Counted from the whole stretch's first letter, positions 1 to 11,558 are shown. The stretch: 63,922 nt of DNA, filler included, from Olpidium bornovanus S191 (GCA_017911155.1; 34 parts of 34 records of this genome joined end to end with filler, not necessarily neighbours in it); one strand, 5' to 3'. Program-made: numbers and translations. Notes: a model not told the origin generated them from the sequence alone.

Positions 1-671
1 ATTTTGAAAAGCAGATTGAAAATCTTGTTTGTCAAATGTGTCTTGAATTTTATTTATTTACTAGTGATTTTCTTTTTTGTCAAGGCAGACATTAAGACAG
101 CTTTATTTGCCCTTTGACATGCCGTGTCTACCTCTCAATACTACCGGACGTTGTCGGGTCCCTTGGTGTTACCGAGCGTTGACATGGACCTGCGGCACCA
201 TGCCCCCACTTATGCGGGACTGTTTCTCAGGGTCAGACAAAGCCGATGTCAAGCAGGAGTACAACGCATGCCATGTCACACGTGGGAAACCACACAGTTG
301 CGACTGTTGACGTCGAGGAAAACAGCCCGGAAGGGAGCCCGCGGCAACCGACCGCTGCCGCCCGATACCGTCGGGAGCCTCAAAAGAACCCATTCGAATC
401 CTTGGAGCAAATGTCAACCAAAAACGAGACGTCGAAAAGGCAAAGCCGTGAAGAAGTGCGAAATTAAGATTACAACCCAGAAGATTAATCATATACGACG
501 GCACAATAGGAAAAGAAAGTTGAAAAGAAAAAAGTTGAAAAACCCCGGTCGTGCACGGCCGTCGGCGATACGGCACGTGCACACTCTTCACGAATCTTGC
601 GGGAGCACCACCACGAGGTGATGACACCACGGAATGCATGGCAAAAAACTGCCGGCGCGGATGCGCCGGGG

Positions 672-711
672 AGGAAAGGGCGACTTGGGTGGAAGGAAAG
701 GGCGACTTGGG
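672..711. repeat. Short direct repeat AGGAAAGGGCGACTTGGG x2, 22-bp period
   Basis: Copies at 672-689 and 694-711. Confidence 0.85.
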
Positions 712-1159
712 CGCACCGAACCAAGACAAAACAAATTTGTGCATGCCAGGACGGCGGGAATCATGCGACATCAAAACCGCGAGGAAACTAAATGCCCTCT
801 CCTTCCGGGCATAAATCTTAGGGGCCATGGCTTTACGCCGGGGACCCAGCCAATTTTGAGATCAGATGCGGTCACATACGGAAAGGGGATTTCCGACGTG
901 GCAAATGGCGTTCCCTCACGGGCAACAGAGCCATGATGAGCGCGCGCGTACTGCATCAGGAACGGATGCCGGCGGTGCTCGGGTGACGTGGACGTTTCGG
1001 ATCCCTTAAAACGCTATGTAGTGCCGAACCGTCGGGGCTTGTGCAGAAGACGTAACCTCGCACACGCCGTCGTGCGGTATTGAAGCCGGGGCAAAACAAA
1101 AAAAAATTGCTTTGGGTTTGGGGGCGGGCAGAATTTCCTTCCCGTTGGTCAAACATTCC

Positions 1160-2020
1160 TCATCGGTAATGTCTGACCCATTCGGTCTCGTGCGCAGCCA
1201 TGTACACCGCCCTGCGGTTAGCAGCCCGTTCGGATCCTGCCGAGGAGCTGAAACGGTGGAACGCATTGCTCAACTCGCGGCTCGAGTCCGCCGTTACATA
1301 GCTTTTGCCGCTCGAAAGCTTCATGAGCATGCGCCTGGCGACGTCGAGGCTTTCGCACGACCGCGAGATCCGCGGCAGCAGCCTGAAGTACGCGGGCACC
1401 GCGCACCGCGTGCAGAGGTTTTCCTCGAAGAACGGCTGGCGCCTGCCCCGCCGGACCTCGCAGCCCTCGCACAGTTCGAGGACGAGGGCGTGCCATGTCA
1501 CAAACGCCTCCTCGCGTGACCAGCAGGCCCTGTCCGGCCCCCCCGTGAGGCCGGAGGCCAGCGGCAGCAGCCGCCGGCGGATCTCGTTGGTGGCCAGGCG
1601 GCGCAGCGACCGCGACGTGTGAAGGAGCGGGACCAACGAGGTGCTCGAGCACGCCGGCAGCAGGTGGTGCTGCACGACCTCCACAGGGAGCGCGGCGGTC
1701 AGGCTTCGCCCTCCGGACCCCGGTGGCGGTGGTCGTCGGCCCGCCGGCGTCCAAAGAGGAAGCTCCGGGCAGACCCTGACTGTAGACACCACCATGTCGA
1801 CCTGCGTCGCGGCGTCGGACGACGATATCACCGGCAGGCAGTGAGCCGATTCGGGAGACTTCACTGCGCTGCGGCTGCGGCGGAAGCGAATCGGCCAGAT
1901 CTTCATTTTTCTCGACACCACGCGTTCGGCAAACTTTTTTTTTTTGTGCCGAACTTTCTTGAACGCCGGGGGTTGGACGTTATTTCGGCGGCGGGACCAG
2001 ATCGGCGCCGCCGACGGCAA
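1160..2020 (-). CDS. Putative F-box-like protein with CxxC...CxxC motif (true start and 3' splicing uncertain)
   Basis: LPVEVVQHHLLPACSSTSLVPLLHTSRSLRRLA fits the F-box pattern and is followed by LCEGC...LCTRC, the same order as in the 52199-53674 protein. A probable intron has a GCTAAC..CAG end near 1210-1222. Confidence 0.45.
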   Translation of the reverse strand: MPSAAPIWSRRRNNVQPPAFKKVRHKKKKFAERVVSRKMKIWPIRFRRSRSAVKSPESAHCLPVISSSDAATQVDMVVSTVRVCPELPLWTPAGRRPPPPGSGGRSLTAALPVEVVQHHLLPACSSTSLVPLLHTSRSLRRLATNEIRRRLLPLASGLTGGPDRACWSREEAFVTWHALVLELCEGCEVRRGRRQPFFEENLCTRCAVPAYFRLLPRISRSCESLDVARRMLMKLSSGKSYVTADSSRELSNAFHRFSSSAGSERAANRRAVYMAAHETEWVRHYR

Positions 2021-3221
2021 ACCTCGTCAGCTCTCAAAGCAGAGAGAGATCGAGTAGAATAGTCAGGGGGGCTCCGCGTTGGCGAGGGAAAAAAGGCTTC
2101 CGCCGGCGCCTCTCCCTCTCGCGCGCCCACGCTTTTTCCGAGGAGAGTGCGAGTGAGATATACCCCGAGGCTTAAAGGCAGCAAAGGCGCTGTACAGAAT
2201 GCGGTAAAAGAAAAAAAAAAAAAAAAAAAAAAAAAAATTTAAAAAAAAGGGGGGGGGGNNNNNNNNNNNNNNNNNNNNNNNNNNNNNNNNNNNNNNNNNN
2301 NNTTAATTAATTAANNNNNNNNNNNNNNNNNNNNNNNNNNNNNNNNNNNNNNNNNNNNCATGGAATTGTTGCCGCTTGTGGACGAGAGAACGCAGCGGCT
2401 GTCCCGCAACCCAGCGAAACACAAGAATTCTCAGCAATTATTTGGCTGGTATACCCACTAACCAGTCTGAGGCCTTATAACCTCGGGAAGTCGTACGAGG
2501 CGGGATTTTGTACACCTTTGTGCAAAAAGGAGAAGCAAAGCGTGGACCGGGATGTGGCGAGCTGCTAAGCCTTCGACTCGTTTCGAAAAATTAGGAGAGC
2601 AGCCGGGAAGGGAACAATGGTCGGGCGGGCGGCAGTCCGGAGCCAAACGTACATAGCACTCCCTGATTATCTGCGCGGCAGGGAATTAACCGAAAGGACG
2701 GGGGGTCAGCTTCCGACTTTCTGAAGTCAGGAGACGCTCACGAAATGAATCAACGTTGCTCTCTTTTTTTTTTTTTTTTTTTTTTTTCCTCCTGCTCGGG
2801 GGGGGGGGGGTCTTGCGCGGCAGCTCTGGCAGCACACGAGCAAGAGGGTTATTTTGCCCGCAGCGTCGGCATCCGTGATGGGCCTGGCCTTTGGGCAGCC
2901 GGGCCGGGGCCAACAACAGCCATCGACTCGTTCGCCCCTCCACGTTTTTTTTTTACCAGCAGCACAGTCTCGTAGCCCCCGTCCATGGCCTCTTTTCTCT
3001 TGGGGCTGCGGCGGCGGCCTCCGTCGGGGACGTGCGGGGAAGGGAGCGCTTGTTTGCCCGTGAGGTCGGGGGCGGGAGGGGATGGGCGGAGTTGCGAGCG
3101 ACCCCAGCACTTGTTCGGCTGCGAACTGTTGCTCCAATCAGACACCGAAAAACCCGCAACTCGGCATCTGATTGCAGGTTTTTTTTTTTCTTTCTTTCTG
3201 CCGCTTCCCGCAGTACGCGGT

Positions 3222-3308
<87 letters not shown>

Positions 3309-3564
3309 GAGAGCGGGGAGAGGGTCACGTGGCAGGGGACGCGCGTGACGGAAAACGCCGGGAAGGGCGCGGTGGGAGAGATTTTGTCGTCTTCCGGCCG
3401 GGTCCCTGAGCTGCGAACCCCCGCCTTCCGTGTCGGAAGAAGAGGCCGAAAGATCGAAACGGTCGGCCTCCGGGCTCATTCGCAGCGCGCCAACCAGGGT
3501 AAAGAGAAAGTTCGGCCGCCCGCGCGCTCTCGCCCGGCGAGAGAGCTGCCAAACGCCGCGTGAC

Positions 3565-5064
3565 ATGCTGGCGCTAGGGGCGGGCGGACGATGTGCGCGC
3601 CGGCCGCTGCCCGCTGTGGCGTCCTCGAAGATCCAGACCCGTTACCTGACGATAGGGATCCGACGCGAGACAAAAGGCCGATGGGAGCGGCGGGCCCCGC
3701 TCAACCCTGCTGATGTGAAACGGCTCGTCAAGGATCATGGGGCGAAGGTACTGGTGCAGCCAAGCTCGCGGAGGGTGTTTAACGACGACAAATACGCCGA
3801 GGTAAAGGAAGCTTTTTGTCTCCCGCACACGTTTTGCGTGCAACCTGAAGTGGAAACGGGAGGGAACCACGCAAGATCGTTCGGAAAGTCGAGGGCGGCC
3901 ACCGGAAGGCGTATTTACCCCGGCGTCGGGATATAGGCAGGTGCAGCGATATGCGAGGACCTGCGGCAAGCTGACGTCGTTATGGGGATTAAAGAGGTCG
4001 AGCCTGCCGACATGATCCCTGGAAAGACGTACATGTATTTTTCGCATACGCACAAAGGCCAACCGCACAATATGCACATGCTGAAATCCGTCCTAGACAA
4101 GGTAAGAAAATTCCAACCGTCGACATCGGGAAAGCGGGGCTGCTACGCACTGCCGAAAGCCTTATCTACGAACTATGAAGAAAATCCGCCTCTTGGATTA
4201 CGAGCTTATTACCGACGACGAACGCCGTCGGCTCGTACTGTTCGGTCGCTACGCGGGTCTTGCAGGTCATTCCGGAGTCTGTGGTTTTGCGCGCGCTTTG
4301 CTACGTACGGTCACGAGTACTAGCACACTTCGACTGAACTCTCGGCTGTGGACTACGAACCTTGCAACCCACAGGCATGACCGACGGCCTCCATGGGCTA
4401 GGGTCTAAAATGCTCGGACTAGGATACAACACGCCGTTTCTTGTAGGGCAAAACGTGCATCGATCCCCAGCGCATTTCGCGATCAGCCCGTTTGACCGGC
4501 GCCGGCTCAGCACGTAGGCATGTCACACACGTACCCGTCGGTCGACGCCGCGCGGCGCGCAATCGGCGAGGCTGGAGAAATGATTCGCCGTGACGGTCTG
4601 CCGAAACAACTCGCGCCGGCTGTCTTCGTGTTCACCGGAACGGGAAACGTGTCCAAGGTTGGCAAGCGGGGGAGGGAGGGGGGGGGGGGCTGCGGCGACC
4701 AGGCCCGGGGGCGTTATGCGGCTTTGGGCGGATTGCGCCCGGAGCTGGACCAATCCGCCATTCCGACGTTGCGGGACAGGGCGCCCAGGAAATGTTCGAG
4801 TGCCTGCCGCACCAGTACGTGGCGCCAAGCGAGCTGCCGAAGCTCGGTCGAGACGGTAGTGAGTAATCCGGGGTGAGGAAAGGCGTGGACGCGTCATGTC
4901 GCGTTAACGGTCTTCGTGATCCGCTTTCCGCGATACCGCCTCCCATGCGCAGATCCACATTTGGATCGCGTGTACGCGGCGGAGGTCAGTGCCCCCGATT
5001 GGGTCACCCTGCGGGAAGGCCACGCAGGCGCACGCGATGCCGAGGGGATCCGCGAGGACTACTA
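3565..5064 (+). CDS. AASS: Alpha-aminoadipic semialdehyde synthase (LKR/SDH), lysine-ketoglutarate reductase part, 3'-truncated
   Basis: Exons 3565-3801, 3937-4101, 4181-4265, 4375-4442, 4511-4657, 4780-about 4859 and about 4950-5064 with GT-AG introns. Motifs: IGIRRETKGRWERRAPLNP, GIKEV, YMYFSHTHKGQPHNM, IRLLDYELI, FGRYAGLAG, YNTPFL, FVFTGTGNVSKGAQEMFECLPH. The Arg-rich N-terminus looks like a mitochondrial presequence. Confidence 0.93.
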
Positions 5065-5484
5065 NNNNNNNNNNNNNNNNNNNNNNNNNNNNNNNNNNNN
5101 NNNNNNNNTTAATTAATTAANNNNNNNNNNNNNNNNNNNNNNNNNNNNNNNNNNNNNNNNNNNNCGGCGCCGCTCTTTGAGACGGTCCGTCGTTCGCCGT
5201 CCGTCACCGCTCTGCCTCCCCCAATGCACCCACCCTTTTCTTTTGGAGCTTATGCTCGCGACGGAAGAAGGTCCGCAGCGAAAAAGGCTATTTGCAGGTA
5301 GGGCGAAGGCCTGATAGACCTTCGCGGATATCAATCAAGTTTTTATTCATTTTTGCATCGACATCTGGCAGGGAAGATTCTTCCAACCCTTTATGCTGGT
5401 TTTCCTCGATTGACTTTTTGTGATCCAATTTGCAGTCCTCTTTCAATTATCACAAACATATCACCGACCGTCGATATTCAACAA

Positions 5485-6911
5485 TCATTTTTTGAATTTC
5501 GCAAGGTAATACAACATCCCTGTCGCCGCTCCAAAGAGATGGCCGATGCTTCCGCTGGCGCCTGACGCCCGCGACGCCGCGAAAGCCCCAAAAATGTCCA
5601 TCAAGACGAAGCCAGCCGCTGCCAGTCCGGCGGGGACGGGGAGGAGCATGAAGAGGTAGATCGGCGTTTGCGGATACATGCATGCAAAGAGGATGGTGAT
5701 ACCCTGGAGCAGCCAAAGATGAAAAAGGGTCGGTAGTGGCCGAACTGTACGACCTCAGAAAAACAATTGCGTCCTTTCGTCCCGCACCCGAATCCGCCAT
5801 CAAACGATAAATTGCAGGAATCCGCACCATAAGCGATCCCGAGGCGCCTATAAATTCCTGGGAAAATCTTGGCATGAACAGTCGGGTATACGCCACGGAC
5901 CCCACTGTTGAGACCAGTCCTGCAGCATGATACAGCGCAAGGAAGCTGCCGGTACCGATGGTGTACGCGACCTGAAAAAAGGTTGTTAAGAACGCAGTCG
6001 ATTGAAAACTCTTAAAAATGGTTTGACATTAAAGGATCTTACCGCCGGACCGAAGCTAAACAGGACAACCATGTTCAGCAAGAAGTGAGAGAAATCCCGG
6101 TGACTAAAACGGGAGGGCAGCAATGATGACGTCAGGACAGCCGAAACCGCTTCTTCAGAGTGATTGTGAGAACAGAACAGGGTCGAAGACTACGGAGGGA
6201 CCGAAGACGACGTGCTTTTAAAAAAAAAAAACAACGCCGCGCTTTTGCCTCGAGGTAACCGCACCTGTACGCCGCGGTCAGGAAGGTCCAGACCCTCCCG
6301 TCGCGCACCGAGCTCAGGTACCCGGCAGAGAAGTTCCTCCGCATAAAGGCCAGAAACTTCCAGTTCCCCTCCTGTCTGTAGAGCTCCTCGGCATACTTCC
6401 ATGCAACGAACACTGCGGTATTGATGCCGAGTAGGACGTAAACCGTCCGGTGCGGGTCCAAGCGGCCATGCCAGCTTCCCCAGCCCCACGCCGCACCGCG
6501 GCGAGGGAAGACGTAGGCCAAGTACTTGCCGCGCGATGTCCGGCTCCACCACGAATTTTTGTGCTGGTCCCGGTCGTCATACCAGTGCGGCCGAGAATAA
6601 CGGCGGAGCTTGACCGCCTGAAGCACGGACAGCGGCGGACGAGGCCATGACGCCGGCAGGACGGCCCGCGCCCACGGTGTGGGGACCGCAGATCGGGGTG
6701 AGAGAGCGAGGCGCGTCGCGCTACCGGCGTGCAGGAACGCAGAGCGCAGAGGCGAAGGCAACAGCGCAGGCACGACCGGTCGAGAGCGTGCCGGGCAGGA
6801 AGCGAGGAGGGCCAGCCGCTCGCTTGCCGGAAAGACTTTGCCCGCGGCCGTGCGGAGCGAAGAGGGCAGTCCGCCGGGGACGCGGGCGCAGTGGCATGCG
6901 TGCCGGAACAT
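5485..6911 (-). CDS. PCP1: Mitochondrial rhomboid intramembrane serine protease (PARL/Pcp1 family)
   Basis: Spliced motifs LGINTAVFVAW, GRVWTFLTAAYSH..SHFLLNMVVLFSFG, catalytic IGASG and GHLFGAATG. Long basic presequence-like N-terminus. Stop TGA at 5485-5487. Confidence 0.85.
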
Positions 6912-6949
6912 TGTCGGGGAGCCGGGAGAGGCGGAGCAGCTTCGGCGAC

Positions 6950-6984
<35 letters not shown>

Positions 6985-7130
6985 CCTTCTTTTTTTTGTC
7001 TGGCCGGGCATTCAGATCCCCCCTTGGGCCGCTCCCCCCCCCTTCCCCTTCTCTCCTTCCCCCCAACTCACCCCCGAAAGACAACGAGGAAGAACAAGAA
7101 GAGGAAAAAAAAAAAAAGAAAAAAAGAAAA
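6912..7130. promoter_or_regulatory. Probable compact bidirectional promoter between rhomboid (-) and RPS23 (+)
   Basis: Divergent ATGs at 6911 and 7131 on one contig, 219 bp apart, with poly(T), C-rich and A-rich tracts between them. Confidence 0.6.
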
Positions 7131-8411
7131 ATGGGTAAGCGCGGCCACGCATCTCCGAGCCCGTCTTTCGCCCGTCTCCCCGACCTGCCGTACGCGCCGA
7201 GCTCCGTCCGGCGAACGTGGCCGCCCTCGCGCCACTTGCCGGCTTTTACCGCGGACTTAAAAAGATGGACGAGGAGATGGGATGGGGCCGGGTGGTGTGG
7301 GCGACCTTCGTTCATCCGCGCTCGGCCGCGTTGCCGCCCCCTGCCGCGGAGGCGCATTGGCACGAACGAGAGGTCACTTTTCTGCTGTGGTCACGCCGTG
7401 GCGCTTGCATCCCTGTCGGTCGCTGAGAGTAACACATTTCTGGTCGCTCTGCACCGGAGAAGCTGACGGAGCGTCAGCAGTCGACGGTTGTTCGCGGACG
7501 CCTCGCGCATAGACGAGGAAAAGTCACCTAATCGAAGCCTCCCGTCTTTTTGGGTAAACTGAGCAGGAAAGGGAAAGCCCGCAGGACTTCACGCCGCGCG
7601 CAAGCTGCGCGTCCACCGCCGCGAGAACAAGTGGGCGGACAAGCAATACAAGAAGCGCGCACTCGGCACTTCGCACAAGTCGTCCCCTTTTGGAGGTGCC
7701 TCTCACGCCAAGGGCATCGTCCTCGAGAAGATGTGTGTTCTCGGTTCAGTTGTTGTTATCAGGAAACCTGAGCGGAAGCGACCAAACTCGCCTTCAGTCA
7801 TTCTCCGTCGTTGCTAATCGGCTGTCTTCCCGCGTTTTTTTTCACGTAGTGGTGTCGAGGCTAAGCAGCCCAACTCCGCTATCCGGAAGTGCGTCCGTGT
7901 CCAGCTAATCAAGAACGGCAAGAAGATCACCGCCTTCGTGCCGAACGACGGTTGCTTGAACTACGTCGATGAGAACGACGAGGTTCTTATTGCTGGTCTC
8001 GGTCGCAAGGGCCGCGCTGTACGTATCGTGGGAATTCCCGCAAATGGAACTACTAGTTCCTGCAGCTGCTACGAAGACGATGTTTGGGAAGTTGCGGAGA
8101 ATTAACATCATTGCGATTCTTTCTCCACAATTGTGCAGACTGGTGACAGGCCCGGTGTCCGCTTCAAGGGTGAGACAATGAGTTTGATGTTTTGTGTTTT
8201 ATATCCTGAAACTGTGGAGTCGCATTAACAAGGCTTTACGTGGTTCATATTTTTTAGTTGTGAAGGTGTCTGGTGTGTCGCTTATTGCACTGTTCAGAGG
8301 TATGCTTAATTCTTTTTTCGCACCGAGTTTTAGGGTTGGAAATACGTTTTGACATGCGTACTTGCGTTGTGTTGTATTTCACCAGAGAAAAAGGAGAAGC
8401 CGCGTTCGTAG
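7131..8411 (+). CDS. RPS23: 40S ribosomal protein uS12 (S23), complete, 6 exons
   Basis: Exons 7131-7134, 7567-7732, 7850-8018, 8139-8169, 8258-8299 and 8386-8411 splice to [35 protein letters not shown]...[44 protein letters not shown]...[28 protein letters not shown]. Confidence 0.98.
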
Positions 8412-8922
8412 AAGCGCAGACCGGAGGATGCTGTAGCTCATTATTGCCCTTACTGTAGCGGGATTTAAGGAAANNNNNNNNNNNNNNNNNNNNNNNNNNN
8501 NNNNNNNNNNNNNNNNNTTAATTAATTAANNNNNNNNNNNNNNNNNNNNNNNNNNNNNNNNNNNNNNNNNNNNCATGACCTTATGTTACACTCGGTGGAG
8601 TGCCAAATCTGTCTGATTTTCTGCTCTTATTCGTAAAATGTATGTACACACATCAAAATATACCAGCCCATCTTTTACTTCGGTATTATAACGACTATAA
8701 TTTTGGTTTAGGGCAGGCTTCGTTGTTTTTCCAGTCTTTAGTTTGTTCTGTAAATGGAAGGAAAATATCCCGCTAACCCTGATGAAGGGGAGTAAAGTGA
8801 ACCACACGGGGAACGCTCGCACCGCGAGGGTGTATATTTGATGTGCATATTCGAGTGGTGTGCATTGTATTTTGCCCGAGCGGGGAATGTGGGGTGACTG
8901 AGAGAAATGTGACCAAGTAAAT

Positions 8923-9300
8923 CTACTCCAACCCCGCGATATACCTCGCTTGCGTGCTGACGAGCTCTTTCAGAGTCTCAATCACCTCCCCCTTGGCGGC
9001 GAGCATTTCCGCGTTGCGTGCCTCTTGAACGCGGATGATCTCCCTCTGGGCAGCGAGCACTTCCGCATTGCGCATCTCTTGATTGCAGATGATCTCCCTC
9101 TCGGCGGCGAGCATCTCCCTCTGGGTGGCGAGCAGTTCTGCATTGTGCATTTCTTGATTGCGGATGAGCTCCTGATGTGCACTGCGTACTTAGACATGGC
9201 GCGCCTCCTGAACACGGTTGAGCTTCCTTTGCACCTCAAGGAGCTCCATGGTCCGCGTGTTGAAACCCCGCTGTTCGTGGGATGGAAACCTTTTAGCAAC
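8923..9300 (-). pseudogene. Disrupted coiled-coil ORF built of about four 18-aa (54-bp) repeats
   Basis: QEARHV*VRSAHQELIRN / QEMHNAELLATQREMLAAEREIICN / QEMRNAEVLAAQREIIRV / QEARNAEMLAAKGEVIET, with an in-frame TAA at 9190-9192. Confidence 0.5.
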
Positions 9301-9943
9301 ATCTGGGAACCGGCCAAATGAAACCGAGTGATGGTGCATTAATTACTTTGTAAAATTGACGACTCTCTGTGCAATTCTCGTTGCTGCACACACTGGCATC
9401 CCCTTCTGCCTGCAAGTTGTCCTTTTGGCCCATCAGAAGAAAATGATTGCAACGTTACTTAACGTCTTTGGCGCTCATGGGCAAAAGGCATCGCGCTTTA
9501 CCTCGCCTAGTGATCTTTTGGGGCGATGCTGTGAGAAAATACTAGCGCGTCAGCTGCCTGCCGGAGTAAGTGATGTCACGGAATGCAGAGAATTCTCACA
9601 TTGGCCGTTCCGCGCACACTGCGAACTTTCGCAAGGACGACCGAAGCCTTTTCGTTGGTCATGCTTGCGAGGATGTCGCCGAACACCTCATTTGTGAGGC
9701 GTGGGAGTCTCCTTTTCACTTCTCCGTACACTTCCTCAGCAGGGAGGGCGTTGAGGAGATGGTTATGACCTCTCTCGGCTTTTTATTTTGAATTTGTGCA
9801 AGGACCACCGGGACGTTCTCATTGCGTGTTCTCCAGGATGCTGATGAGCATCTCCGTTGGCAGGTCAGGAAGCGCCTTGATCGCCTCGCCCCACACCTCC
9901 TTTGCTGGAATGGTATCAAGGAGGTGGGCTACAAGTTGTACCG

Positions 9944-10160
9944 GGTCCATTTTGGATGACCTTTTGGCCAAAACGTTTGGTGTGGGCAGGTGTCAGTCCT
10001 TCTTAACGCGTATCGCGGCGCATACTTCGCTCACCTTCCCTGGGCACTCTCGCTCTCCCCCTCCTGGTGGCCTTGGTCCATGTTGGATGATCTTTTGGCC
10101 GAAACTGTTGGTGCGGGCGGTTGGCAGCGCTTCTCAGAAGCACGTACTTCGCTCGCCTTC
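9944..10160. repeat. Degenerate tandem duplication, about 131-bp period
   Basis: GGTCCATTTTGGATGACCTTTTGGCCAAAAC...TACTTCGCTCACCTTC at 9944 versus GGTCCATGTTGGATGATCTTTTGGCCGAAAC...TACTTCGCTCGCCTTC at 10075. Confidence 0.75.
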
Positions 10161-10830
10161 TCACCTCACGTACTTCCCTTCCCTGCCCACTCTCAACCTG
10201 TAGTCCAGCGGCGGCTCTTCGTGACGGCTCTCCGTGTCGCGGGAGCACAGGTCCAGGTGAGCCCGCGGGGTTTCCGAGGGCACCGGCAGGCAGGTCACGT
10301 GAAAGCTTGCTCCCGCGCACCCCCCCGTGCTGGTCCGCCCCGGGCCCCTCTGGGAACCAGTAAGCCTGCCCTCGCCTCCCCTTTTCCCCAACCCCACGCG
10401 TCCTCGTCAAGCTACCGTTCGTGAACGCTACCTCCGCCGCACGTTGTTTGCACAAGGTCAGTCGTCATTTTTGAAACTTTGGCCGGCGGAGATGGCCGCC
10501 CGCTGTGGGCAGTCGTCAACTTTCCCCGCTGCTGGACCACNNNNNNNNNNNNNNNNNNNNNNNNNNNNNNNNNNNNNNNNNNNNTTAATTAATTAANNNN
10601 NNNNNNNNNNNNNNNNNNNNNNNNNNNNNNNNNNNNNNNNACTCGCGCACTCTCCACGGTTATCAACGCCAGCAATGTGAGAAAGCGCAGTGATTTGGCA
10701 TTACTTGGAATTGAACAAAATTATACCCGAGAGTCCGTTCGTTTGCTTTCCGAAACCCATGTTATACCACCAAAGCAAGAAAAGTCAAACGCTCTCCTAT
10801 TCAATTGAATGGTTCCTACTCTGCTTTAGG

Positions 10831-11558
10831 TTATTTGTTGATTGCAATCCTCCACTCCTCGTCTGTAGTGCGCTCGATGAATCTCCGGAGTCGCTTCCCG
10901 GTGATGGGGACCATCAAGTTCAGTTTCTTGGCGTAACCCGGGGCGACCGCCACGTACTTGGTCCTGTCCCGTTGCAGCGGCCGCATCCACACGCCCTCCT
11001 CGTTGCGGAAAAACCTGGTTTCGGTATCCCAACAGATACGTTTCACCGTTGTCAATTACGCCAGCCGTTACAGCGCAAAGCGAATTCAGCATCGCATAGG
11101 TTCTTGTCGGCGGCGTTCAACTCGCCGCAGCTTGCCGAGACGGCCCTTGTCCACCAAAATGTTCCCGATCGAGTACTGTCCCGTTGTTGCTTGCCAGAAC
11201 AGCTTCGAAAAACCAGAAATACAGGTGCCCAGAGGTAGCCGAGGGACGCGGCCCTCTGCGTTTACTGGCGGGTGGAGAGCGTCCGCCCCGTTACTCACCT
11301 GCAGAGAACAATCCTCATAACCTCTTCGCGGGTTAACTTCGCGGTATTCCGCAACACGCGGTTCTTCGGCGGTGGGACGTATTTCGGCGGCGGAACGTAG
11401 TAGGACCTTGTCTGCAGGTCAGAAACTGCCGCTGTTCCTTTCAGTACGCATAAGCCGGGCGACCGCAGCCCCGGCCTGAGGAAGGCTCCGGCGAGGCATT
11501 GCAGGCGTAAGCCAGAGGCAGCCACCGCGTGCCCTTTCGGAAACAGCGAGAAGGCCAT
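10831..11558 (-). CDS. MRPL35: Probable mitochondrial ribosomal protein bL35m (MRPL35-like), 147 aa, 2 exons
   Basis: Exons 11558-11299 and 11014-10831 total 444 nt, joined by a phase-2 GTGAGT..CAG intron. The presequence-like N-terminus ends in ..QTRSY. The mature part RIVLCRFFRNEEGVWMR...PGYAKKLNLMVPITGKRLRRFIERTTDEEWR aligns by eye with mammalian MRPL35 (AVIDRFLRLHCGLWVR...[30 protein letters not shown], recalled). Confidence 0.6.

Noticed and set aside
2849-3409. Poly-Pro/poly-Gly ORFs here and at 31454-31946, 44188-44718 and 48177-48714 as formin- or extensin-like proteins
   Set aside because: They are translations of G/C homopolymer runs with no flanking domain.
8019-8138. Intronic H/ACA or C/D snoRNA in RPS23 (small hairpin, ACA near the 3' end)
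   Set aside because: There is no room for a second hairpin after the candidate H box and no C/D boxes.
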